A program made the translations under genes and the position numbers. From a virus, in IMG/VR virus record IMGVR_UViG_3300032298_000540, positions 1 to 64,000 of that record: a DNA stretch of 64,000 bases; one strand, 5' to 3'. Every line of letters starts with the position of its first letter. The first letter of the stretch is position 1. Under the pieces are notes generated by a model. The model did not search any database. It had not been told where the DNA came from and was given only the letters and a program-made list of their open reading frames with translations. Of the stretch, positions 1-7,464 are shown in pieces.

Positions 1-25
1 AGGTTAAGAATTGATTAAGTATATA

Positions 26-53
26 GGGTAGTTTAATGTCATACCCAGGACAC
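26..53 (-). ncRNA. Putative H-type pseudoknot RNA element, copy A
   Basis: Minus strand reads GUGUC-CUGGGUAU-GACAU-UAAAC-UACCC; stem 1 GUGUC/GACAU, stem 2 GGGUA/UACCC; covaries with copy B at 823-851. Confidence 0.6.
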
Positions 54-59
54 TTACTT

Positions 60-371
60 CTATACTTCTGAATAGTTTATCTTTTCAGACTTGAAATCTA
101 CACTGTAGATCATGTCTGCATTCGTTGGATCCTCATAGCCGGAGACATCTATTGGATCGATGTCTGGATAGTAGACAGGATAATCGATACGAATATCCAT
201 AAGCATAGCGTCATACTTCTTAGTCATCTTGACCCAGTCTTCTGACAACCACGTGAGTGCGTGTTGTTTGTTGATCAGAAAGACTGATCGATCTTGCCAG
301 ATCTCATTGATCTTGATCCTGTACTCGATGACGGCACCGAAGAGGGTACCGCCTACGTCTGTAGTAGTCAT
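60..371 (-). CDS. Hypothetical early protein
   Basis: 103-aa ORF in co-oriented small-gene cluster. Confidence 0.7.
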   Translation of the reverse strand: MTTTDVGGTLFGAVIEYRIKINEIWQDRSVFLINKQHALTWLSEDWVKMTKKYDAMLMDIRIDYPVYYPDIDPIDVSGYEDPTNADMIYSVDFKSEKINYSEV

Positions 372-436
372 GGTGGGAAGGGAGGGGATAGTAGTAATGT
401 AGTAGATGGTGAGTGATCAGTGCAGTAAATGACGGA

Positions 437-802
437 CTACTTTATGTATAGGTAGCCGCCTGCCCAATCAGCTTGCTCTAGACATTCTGCATAAGATGCA
501 TCGTCTAGTAAGTTGTATCTTACATGTTTAGCAGGTGCTCGATAACCTGCTGGTTTGTAGATAGCACCTGTTTGTCTGCAGACAAAAGCATGGACTGATT
601 TACCGGTAACCAATCCGATTGAATAGGTTACTTGCATGATCTTATAGTATTTAGTACCTTTGTTAAGTTCAAAGGACATGCAACCGTATCTTTTAGGATA
701 GGCTTTCTCAAAGCTACGGATTAGCTTGGAGATAAGACCGTCGATACGATCTTCTATTGTCTTAGTAGTCTTCTCGAGACTTGTTGTAGATGCGATGACC
801 AT
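437..802 (-). CDS. Conserved phage hypothetical protein
   Basis: Motif KYYKI...SVHAFV...TGAIYKPA...APAKHVRYNLLD...ADWAGGYLY, recalled from other cyanophages. Confidence 0.8.
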   Translation of the reverse strand: MVIASTTSLEKTTKTIEDRIDGLISKLIRSFEKAYPKRYGCMSFELNKGTKYYKIMQVTYSIGLVTGKSVHAFVCRQTGAIYKPAGYRAPAKHVRYNLLDDASYAECLEQADWAGGYLYIK

Positions 803-822
803 TAGTTGATTGCGATGGAATG

Positions 823-851
823 TAAGCAGTTTAATGTCATGCTTAGGACAT
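823..851 (-). ncRNA. Putative H-type pseudoknot RNA element, copy B
   Basis: Minus strand reads AUGUC-CUAAGCAU-GACAU-UAAAC-UGCUUA; stem 2 UAAGCA/UGCUUA replaces GGGUA/UACCC of copy A (compensatory changes). Confidence 0.6.
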
Positions 852-856
852 GTGAT

Positions 857-1144
857 TTAAGAATGCAATAGCTTTGAGTGAGCTCTTGCTATCTCATACA
901 TTTCATTAGCTGTTACCGGTGGTTCACCCCCAGTATTGTCATATAGATATTGAGGAGTTGGATCATAGTCGATTTCATTCTCTAGCAAAGGAATGATCTC
1001 CTCTTCTAGTAGTGCAAGGAAGGAGAGAGTTAGGTCAGCGCATTCCATTGGGCGCTTGTTCTCCCTTGCTACAACTTCGTTCAGTTCTTTGAGGATTCGT
1101 TTGAGTACTGTGTACTCATTGATGCGTCTTGGAGTGGTAGTCAT
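857..1144 (-). CDS. Hypothetical early protein
   Basis: 95-aa ORF, C-terminal YDPTP...GGEPPVT motif. Confidence 0.7.
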   Translation of the reverse strand: MTTTPRRINEYTVLKRILKELNEVVARENKRPMECADLTLSFLALLEEEIIPLLENEIDYDPTPQYLYDNTGGEPPVTANEMYEIARAHSKLLHS

Positions 1145-1173
1145 GTTAGGAAGAGATTAAGGTTTGATTAAGT

Positions 1174-1209
1174 ACCTGGGACTTACCCCATGGTGATGGG
1201 TGCCCAGGT
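1174..1209 (-). ncRNA. Intergenic stem-loop with asymmetric internal loop
   Basis: Minus strand ACCUGGG-CA-CCCAU-CACC-AUGGG-GUAAGU-CCCAGGU. Confidence 0.4.
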
Positions 1210-1213
1210 TTAG

Positions 1214-1576
1214 TTATACCAGGCTAAGTATCTTTAGCCAGCTATCAGGATGATCAGGTTCTACTTCGTCACCTGCTGGGGTATAGCAGGTGTCGTCGAA
1301 CGTGTACTCTTCGATGTCTTCAAGCGTTGGCACGTCGTACCACCCTTGGAGCTCGTCTTTCTCTTCGGAGGTGTAGTTGTCTCCTGCTGGAATCCAGTAG
1401 CAGCGGAGGGTACCGTGCTTATCTTTACGGACGTTCCCTGTACAGGGGATTGCTCCTTTAGAAGGAGGGGTCGGGAAGTCAACATCGGCTGGGTACTGAG
1501 CAGTACCTTCGTCACCGTCAAGGGCGACGTAACCGATTGCTGTTGCGATTTGCTGTTGCTCTGGAAGTAATGCCAT
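1214..1576 (-). CDS. Phage hypothetical protein
   Basis: 120-aa acidic ORF ending in FDDTC.TPAGDEVEPDHPDSWL. Confidence 0.75.
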   Translation of the reverse strand: MALLPEQQQIATAIGYVALDGDEGTAQYPADVDFPTPPSKGAIPCTGNVRKDKHGTLRCYWIPAGDNYTSEEKDELQGWYDVPTLEDIEEYTFDDTCYTPAGDEVEPDHPDSWLKILSLV

Positions 1577-1668
1577 GTTTCTAGGATGAGTTGAAATAGT
1601 AGTGTGAATAGGATTGAGACGATGGTAATGCTGATGACTATTACGTCATCTTCTCTTGAGTTGTTCAT
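1261..1668 (-). CDS. Possible overlapping membrane-anchored protein
   Basis: N-terminal hydrophobic helix lies in the non-overlapped part; start overlaps the end of 1646-1858; S/T/K-rich tail overlaps 1214-1576. Confidence 0.4.
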   Translation of the reverse strand: MNNSREDDVIVISITIVSILFTLLFQLILETWHYFQSNSKSQQQSVTSPLTVTKVLLSTQPMLTSRPLLLKEQSPVQGTSVKISTVPSAATGFQQETTTPPKRKTSSKGGTTCQRLKTSKSTRSTTPAIPQQVTK

Positions 1669-1858
1669 GTTGTGTTGGAGTCAAGGGTGTGGTTATATCA
1701 GAGCCTAACCCTGCTGTTATGACAATAGCCATCACAGCAGCGGCTCCGATGAATGTAATGATATTTAATATGGTTAGCTTTAACTGTTTAATATCTTTAC
1801 TGCGACGATACGTGTCTAGTTCCACGTACCTGCCGCAGATCTTGTGAGTGTTCTTCAT
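1646..1858 (-). CDS. Small membrane protein
   Basis: 70 aa with one hydrophobic segment (ILNIITFIGAAAVMAIVITAGL). Confidence 0.65.
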   Translation of the reverse strand: MKNTHKICGRYVELDTYRRSKDIKQLKLTILNIITFIGAAAVMAIVITAGLGSDITTPLTPTQHEQLKRR

Positions 1859-1885
1859 AGTAATGATGCAATAGGTTTCTGATGT

Positions 1886-1958
1886 GGACTCATCAGGGCA
1901 GTAATTAACTGCCGACTAAGTTACAACATCGTTATAATGTTATAACTTAGTTTCGTCC
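1886..1958 (-). ncRNA. Hammerhead ribozyme, type II
   Basis: Minus strand GGAC-GAAA-[stem III CUAAGUUAUAACAU/AUGUUGUAACUUAG]-UC-[stem I GGCAGU/ACUGCC, loop UAAUU]-CUGAUGA-GUCC; complete core CUGAUGA/GAAA/GUC; predicted cut between 1914 and 1913. Confidence 0.93.
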
Positions 1959-1960
1959 TG

Positions 1961-2161
1961 TTAGTTAAGGTGCTTCTTATCAACGCAGTACCATGCATCA
2001 CCCTGGAACAGGTGAAGATAGACTAGTTGACGATTAGGTGTACGCCAGCAGTTATCAATAGCCTGTGCATTAATCATTTTCTGGCCTACCACTGATAGTG
2101 CCATGCCAAGACCAGTGCCTATGATAACGGCTAGTACAGGACTTAATAGTGAGTTGTTCAT
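1961..2161 (-). CDS. Small membrane-anchored protein
   Basis: 66 aa, N-terminal TM helix, Cys pair downstream. Confidence 0.65.
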   Translation of the reverse strand: MNNSLLSPVLAVIIGTGLGMALSVVGQKMINAQAIDNCWRTPNRQLVYLHLFQGDAWYCVDKKHLN

Positions 2162-2172
2162 TGAGTTAGTGT

Positions 2173-2249
2173 TGTGCGGTACCCATCTCCGCTAAGGGTA
2201 ATAACTGCCGGTGGGTTTGCACCACCGGACCCGCTTGTACGGATCAGCC
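2173..2249 (-). ncRNA. Structured RNA repeat copy 1 (three-way junction with T-loop-like hairpin plus possible pseudoknot)
   Basis: 57/64 nt identical to 2476-2539; differences keep base pairing in the stems. Confidence 0.65.
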
Positions 2250-2462
2250 GTAGTTCTCTGGAAGCTCTACAAGCTCCGCAAGAACTTGGTGTTGCAGCTC
2301 GCGTTCGCCAGCAATCTTAAGACCCCATGCGGCGATCTCAAGTGCTTGCTCACGGCTTAGTAGCTGCGAGTGGCCTGACTCCATCCAATACTGGATGGTG
2401 TCGTAGGCTTTAGCCGCTAGCTCTTCCCTGGTAGGAAGTGTAGCTGTAGTAGCGTTGGTCAC
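2244..2462 (-). CDS. Hypothetical early protein (GTG start)
   Basis: In frame with ORF 2244-2528; GGAG Shine-Dalgarno 6 nt before the GTG at 2462. Confidence 0.7.
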   Translation of the reverse strand: MTNATTATLPTREELAAKAYDTIQYWMESGHSQLLSREQALEIAAWGLKIAGERELQHQVLAELVELPENYG

Positions 2463-2475
2463 GGTGTTCTCCGTG

Positions 2476-2552
2476 TGTGCGGTACCCATCTCCGCTGGAG
2501 GTAATTGTTGCCGGTGGGTTTGCACCACCGGACTCGCTTAGACGAATCAACT
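2476..2552 (-). ncRNA. Structured RNA repeat copy 2
   Basis: Minus strand GUUG-AUUCG(UCUAAG)CGAGU-CCGGUGG(UGCAAAC)CCACCGG-CAAC-AAUUACCUCCAGCGGAGAUGGGUACCGC. Confidence 0.65.
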
Positions 2553-2683
2553 TACAACCCAACATTCGTTTGAGAACGAAAGCATGCGATTCTAGCACGA
2601 CCTAATCTATAAACGTTAAGAAAACGTTAAGATCATAGGTTATACTAGGTAGGCGCGGGCCCTTACGGTTACTTACGCCTATC

Positions 2684-2798
2684 AACGTAGTAAACTAAGG
2701 TAACTTCCTAACGTAGTAAGATCTCTTAACCACTTAACGTAGTCAGATCTCTTAACTTACTAACGGAGTTAACCTTCCCTTACTCTCAACAACGTAGT
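2684..2798. repeat. Iteron-like direct repeats AACG(T/G)AGT with 26-bp period
   Basis: Copies at 2684, 2710, 2736, 2762 and 2791; two extend to AACGTAGT(A/C)AGATCTCTTAAC. Confidence 0.75.
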
Positions 2799-3004
2799 CA
2801 GGAAACACCTCACCTCACCAACACGCTCGCTACATGGCGCATCTCACACAACATATACACACCCATACCCCCTATTCTTTTTTTTCTTCCCACATTCCAC
2901 TTCGCGTGGGTGGGTGGAGAACAGTAACGAAATTTTTACCCTAATTAGGCCCCTTTATAGTGTTTTTAGTATGTAAAATCCCTAATTAGCCCAAAAATAC
3001 AGAC

Positions 3005-3028
3005 AAAAAAACCGGGTTTAAGCCCGGT
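3005..3028 (-). terminator. Rho-independent terminator
   Basis: Minus strand ACCGGG-CTTAAA-CCCGGT followed by a T-tract, downstream of 3049-3276. Confidence 0.65.
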
Positions 3029-3048
3029 GGTTTAACTTTTATTTGAAA

Positions 3049-3276
3049 TCAGTCAACAATAGGATCTGTCGCCTGTTGTCTTTTATATTCTAACGCAAGA
3101 GCCTTAGATTTTCTAAATTGATCTTCTTCTGGTATCGCATAAGCAAGCCCTTTTTTCGCTTCTGTTACAAAATCACGTACTTCAAATGCATCAGCACCGG
3201 TACTAGCAATATTTAATGCTTTTTTTTGGATGCTTTGCAACCCTTTGATTCTTGCTAGCCTGGCTTCTGGGTTCAT
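3049..3276 (-). CDS. Hypothetical protein
   Basis: 75-aa ORF followed by terminator. Confidence 0.65.
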   Translation of the reverse strand: MNPEARLARIKGLQSIQKKALNIASTGADAFEVRDFVTEAKKGLAYAIPEEDQFRKSKALALEYKRQQATDPIVD

Positions 3277-3366
3277 TTATGGTTAAACTTGTTTTATTAT
3301 TTTACTATAACCTAGATTATCAACATTAGAATATTTACAGAACAAAAATAAAGACAATAAATCTAA

Positions 3367-4980
3367 ATGGCTCTTTCTCCAACTGATTTCTACGCATATA
3401 GTCGTGCTACTGGAACACCATTCCCAGAAGATCCAGAAGAAAGGGCACAGATGGCACCTGAGGTGCTTGAATTCAAGCGTAATCAGCTTAAAGCACCAGA
3501 ACAAGGTCCTAATTATGGCGCTATTGCAGGACTTACTGCTGCAGGATTAGGTCTTGCTGCTGGAGGACTAGGTTTATCTCGTTTATTTAGAAAAAGTGCT
3601 CCTCGAGCTACTGCTCAAAGTAATATAGATCTTGCTACAAGAGCATCTCAACCAGTTACAACAATTAGTAAAATAGATCTTCCTGTAGTACAACCGTCTA
3701 AAGTTGTAGTAGAACCTAAATCATTTACTAAAAATTATTTGGATGAAGTATTAGAAGAAGCAGATGCAAAAGTTGGTGCACTAACTGAATCAGAAAAGAC
3801 TATTGAATCCAAACCATTTAATTTAACGTATATTGAAACAACCGGAGCAAAAGCACCAGATCTTACATCAATACAACAATCTCAATTACCTGTGATTTCT
3901 GCACAGCAAAGAGCTGCTATTGAATCAGGAGAAGATCAAATAACAGGTCGAATAAAACATCGCTTACAACAAGATGAAGATTTAGATACAAGTCAAGTAG
4001 AAGTAATGGAAGGGATGGCACAGGAACAATATCGTATTGGCATGGAACAGAAAGATCCAATTGTTTCTTCACAAGAATTTGTAGATTTAGCAAAACAAGA
4101 AATGATTAATAGAAGGCAAGCAGTTCAAGCAAGTGGGTTACGTCCAGGTACAGAAAGATTTGAACGTGCTCTTGCACAATCTTTTGTAACTAAATCTATA
4201 CCAGGAGCAGAACCAGGAACTGTTAATTTTAGAAATTTGCAAGACTTAAATAAAATTGATATTTCATTACCTTCCACGATACGTAGAGCAGTTGATATTG
4301 TTGAAGAGACAGGTCCAGAAGAAGCTCTTGAACCAAAGAAATTACGCGCCGTATTGAACGTTGGTCCACTAGCAGAAATTACTACAACAGCAATGGGAGG
4401 TGCAATACGTGGTGCATCGCCGCTTTATCATGAAGCGTTACCTAAACAAAGTCAACGACAGATTTTTGGAACACCTGATGTTTTAGTGCGGGGAGCGCCT
4501 GATGAATTAACTTCTGATATACCAGGTAGACAGCGGTTATCTAGTGCGTTGTCTGCTGATATTCCTGCAGAAGAACTTTCTAAACAAGAAATTCAATATG
4601 GTTTTTTAAATGAAACTCCTATTGCAACACCTAAAGGAGGAAGCGCTGGTATAGGATTATATGGAATAGAGCCTAGATATGTTCCTGGTGCAATGAGTAA
4701 AGTTACAGGAGAGTATTCTGAAAAAGCAAGTCAAAGACCTAGTTATGTTCCTGGTTGGCTTTTAAGGCGAGAGGAAACTCCTTTTTCTAATGTTTCAAAT
4801 GAAGGGCTTCAACGAGCATTGGAAAAGTCAGGTTCAACGGGAGCACGTTCTATTACCAAAGAAATAGAACGACGCGAAAAAGGAAATAAAAGTTTAATAG
4901 TAAGTGAGGCATTACGTAGAGCTAAGATTGAAGGACGTGATCCACAAATGATTCTTAAACAATTAGGTATAGGTATTTAA
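3367..4980 (+). CDS. Hypothetical virion-associated protein
   Basis: 537 aa, first gene of rightward module, Gly/Ala hydrophobic segment near N-terminus. Confidence 0.75.
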   Translation: MALSPTDFYAYSRATGTPFPEDPEERAQMAPEVLEFKRNQLKAPEQGPNYGAIAGLTAAGLGLAAGGLGLSRLFRKSAPRATAQSNIDLATRASQPVTTISKIDLPVVQPSKVVVEPKSFTKNYLDEVLEEADAKVGALTESEKTIESKPFNLTYIETTGAKAPDLTSIQQSQLPVISAQQRAAIESGEDQITGRIKHRLQQDEDLDTSQVEVMEGMAQEQYRIGMEQKDPIVSSQEFVDLAKQEMINRRQAVQASGLRPGTERFERALAQSFVTKSIPGAEPGTVNFRNLQDLNKIDISLPSTIRRAVDIVEETGPEEALEPKKLRAVLNVGPLAEITTTAMGGAIRGASPLYHEALPKQSQRQIFGTPDVLVRGAPDELTSDIPGRQRLSSALSADIPAEELSKQEIQYGFLNETPIATPKGGSAGIGLYGIEPRYVPGAMSKVTGEYSEKASQRPSYVPGWLLRREETPFSNVSNEGLQRALEKSGSTGARSITKEIERREKGNKSLIVSEALRRAKIEGRDPQMILKQLGIGI

Positions 4981-4982
4981 TT

Positions 4983-5207
4983 ATGACAAAAGAAAAAAAA
5001 GAAAAATCCAAAAAGTGGATTCAAAAAGCTGAGATTAAAGAAGGAACCTTTACAGCAAAAGCTAAACGGAAAGGTATTACTTCTTCTCAACTGCAAGAGA
5101 ACGTGCTTGCGGCACCAGACAAGTATGACGAAAAAACTGTTAAGCAAGCCAACTTGCGTAAAACTTTGGTAAAGTTAAATAACCGTAAAAAGGAAAAGGC
5201 TAGCTGA
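4983..5207 (+). CDS. Small basic phage protein
   Basis: Lys-rich, KWIQKA.IKEG.FTAKAK...ANL.KTL motif. Confidence 0.75.
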   Translation: MTKEKKEKSKKWIQKAEIKEGTFTAKAKRKGITSSQLQENVLAAPDKYDEKTVKQANLRKTLVKLNNRKKEKAS

Positions 5208-5848
5208 TGTCAAAGGATGCCCGCCTTGATCTAGGTCGTTATATTACTAACCCTTTCAACAGGGGAAACTATGATCATAAAAAACTTTCTTTTGATGATT
5301 TGTTTCGTACAAAAGCAAGTAGTAACAGAGCGCCATGGACACCGTCTCGTTTTACAGAAGAAGATTTACTAAATCGTGTTAAAACAAAACAACTTACTTT
5401 AAACTCAGATCTTAACTTTATTTCTAATTCACCTTTCTTTGATACTAATGAAAAAGTTAATAGTGATTATGAATTATTTAAAGGTTTAGGACGATTCAAA
5501 CGCAGAGAAGATTATGATTTTCAAGAAGGACGCGCTCTTACTAAACAACGTCCACAAGATCAACCAGATTATCAACCCCTTTGGTTAGATGCATATAAAC
5601 TTAGTCCTACTTTAAATCCTGCTAAACGAGCTAAGAATCCAATGCCTACAATGTCTAATCCAGATCCAAGAGGTTTCTTGATGGATATAGCTGAACAACG
5701 CGCAGAAGATGAAGCAGAAGGAAAAATGAGTGTTGCTGATTTGTTACCATCAAAACAAACAAGTCCACAAATACGTAAAGAACAACAAGAAGGAAGCAAA
5801 ACTGCACAAGAAGAAAATAAACTCCCCTTGGAACCTAATCAGAAATAA
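5207..5848 (+). CDS. Hypothetical protein
   Basis: 213 aa, TGATG coupling to upstream gene. Confidence 0.75.
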   Translation: MSKDARLDLGRYITNPFNRGNYDHKKLSFDDLFRTKASSNRAPWTPSRFTEEDLLNRVKTKQLTLNSDLNFISNSPFFDTNEKVNSDYELFKGLGRFKRREDYDFQEGRALTKQRPQDQPDYQPLWLDAYKLSPTLNPAKRAKNPMPTMSNPDPRGFLMDIAEQRAEDEAEGKMSVADLLPSKQTSPQIRKEQQEGSKTAQEENKLPLEPNQK

Positions 5849-5883
5849 TGCGTATAAAATAAAGATAGTATAGGATAAATAAA

Positions 5884-6468
5884 ATGTTAGGTGGAATAGC
5901 AAAATTAGCAGGTAAATATTTTAGTAAAGGTGGCTTAGGAAGAGAAGTAGCAAAAGACGTAGGTATACAATCTGGTATATCAGGATTATTAGGATTGGTT
6001 ACTGGAGGACCAGTAGCTGGAGTTGCTTACGGTGCAGGTGATTTTCTTACAAACTTACCTTTGGTAATGGCAGCAAGAAAATTTGCTCCTGGTGTAAAAG
6101 GAACATTACAAGTAAAAGATGCGACAGGTAAACTTATAAGTAAACCTTACATGGCACCATCTGCTATAGAGCAAGGTGTTAACCTAGGTGCTTCTATGTT
6201 GTCACCTATAGCTGTTGATATGGTGACAGGAGGAAGTTTATACCCACAAGTAACGCCTACTGTAATTTCACAAGAACAACAGTTATATCATCAAGGATTA
6301 CAATTCCAAACTTTAAATAATGGTGCAACACAATCTATTGCACAAGGAACAAGATTTCAATTACAAGGATTACCAGAAAGAGTTACGTCAGCACCTGTCC
6401 CAGGTATTAACTTACTTCCTGAACAACAAGCTTATTTAGCAGAACAAATGAAACAATTGCAATATTAG
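5884..6468 (+). CDS. Putative internal virion protein
   Basis: Gly/Ala-rich amphipathic segments, in structural cluster. Confidence 0.65.
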   Translation: MLGGIAKLAGKYFSKGGLGREVAKDVGIQSGISGLLGLVTGGPVAGVAYGAGDFLTNLPLVMAARKFAPGVKGTLQVKDATGKLISKPYMAPSAIEQGVNLGASMLSPIAVDMVTGGSLYPQVTPTVISQEQQLYHQGLQFQTLNNGATQSIAQGTRFQLQGLPERVTSAPVPGINLLPEQQAYLAEQMKQLQY

Positions 6469-6470
6469 TC

Positions 6471-7427
6471 ATGAGTCTTATTTCACAATTAAAAGATTTA
6501 GGAACAGCGGGACGAAAAGGGTACCGAGTAGGTTCACAGGTACAAGCCAGTATGGCAGGGATGGGGGGAACGCAAGGTGGTCGTGCTCCAGGATATTATG
6601 GACAAAGTGTTTTATCACCATTATTTAAAAAAAACTTAGCAATAGAAGGAATAACGGCTCGTGAAACACCAATGCAATTCCTTGGTGCTTATACTTCTCG
6701 TGTCATCGTAGATGCAGCAAATGATGGAACACGTACATATTGGTGGCGTTATAATCATCCTTTGGCTATTGCACAACGTGTATCTGATTTAGTTTTAGAT
6801 AAAGCAGGGATGCCACAGAGTCCAGTAACAAGATCTCTTATTGGTTTAGGAATAGGTTTACCATCAATTGCCGCCGCTGGTACATACGACATTACTAATC
6901 CAGAACAACAATTCAGACCAAAAGGTTATTCGCAAGCTTATGCAGAAGAAGGTGCAGACGATCGTCGTGAATCAACTCAACCAGCACAAGAGTTATTTGA
7001 ACGTTTTTTCTTAGGTAGAACAGGACGTCCTCTTAAATATGAAACAGCAAAACAAGATATTCCTGATCTAACACCTGAACGGTATGGTAATTATTTAAAT
7101 TATCTTTACAATGATAAAGGTTTTCTTAATCTTGGTATTGTTAAAGGAACAACAGAAAATTTACAAGGTGTTCCTGAAGCCCGCTTATTAGGTTTTCCTG
7201 CTTCTATTCCAATGGTTGGTGGATTTGCTGCAGGCACAGCAGGTGCAATCATAGGTGCTAAAACCGCCCCTGGTATAACTAAGATTGCAGGCCGCAGTAT
7301 TATGGGAGGTGCTATAGGATCAGCCGTAGGTGTTGCTATGGGGCAAGTAGTAAATGAAACAATAGCTGCGGCTAATAGACCACAGTTATCTAGACTTTCA
7401 GATTATCAACAACAAGATAATATCTGA
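6471..7427 (+). CDS. Putative internal virion or membrane-interacting protein
   Basis: 318 aa, C-terminal glycine-zipper hydrophobic helices. Confidence 0.7.
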   Translation: MSLISQLKDLGTAGRKGYRVGSQVQASMAGMGGTQGGRAPGYYGQSVLSPLFKKNLAIEGITARETPMQFLGAYTSRVIVDAANDGTRTYWWRYNHPLAIAQRVSDLVLDKAGMPQSPVTRSLIGLGIGLPSIAAAGTYDITNPEQQFRPKGYSQAYAEEGADDRRESTQPAQELFERFFLGRTGRPLKYETAKQDIPDLTPERYGNYLNYLYNDKGFLNLGIVKGTTENLQGVPEARLLGFPASIPMVGGFAAGTAGAIIGAKTAPGITKIAGRSIMGGAIGSAVGVAMGQVVNETIAAANRPQLSRLSDYQQQDNI

Positions 7428-7464
7428 TAGAATTTAAGTACATAAATAAACGGTTAAACAATAA

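Noticed and set aside
823-851. Pistol ribozyme (P1, pseudoknot, UUAAA linker)
   Set aside because: P2, P3 and the conserved cleavage-site residues are missing; only the small pseudoknot is present.
2173-2552. tRNA genes or twister-sister ribozyme
   Set aside because: No anticodon arm or CCA end; only the GGUGCAA hairpin resembles twister-sister, without its other conserved elements.
2684-2798. CRISPR mini-array
   Set aside because: Repeat core is 8-21 bp with a 26-bp period, too short for repeat plus spacer, and there are no cas genes.
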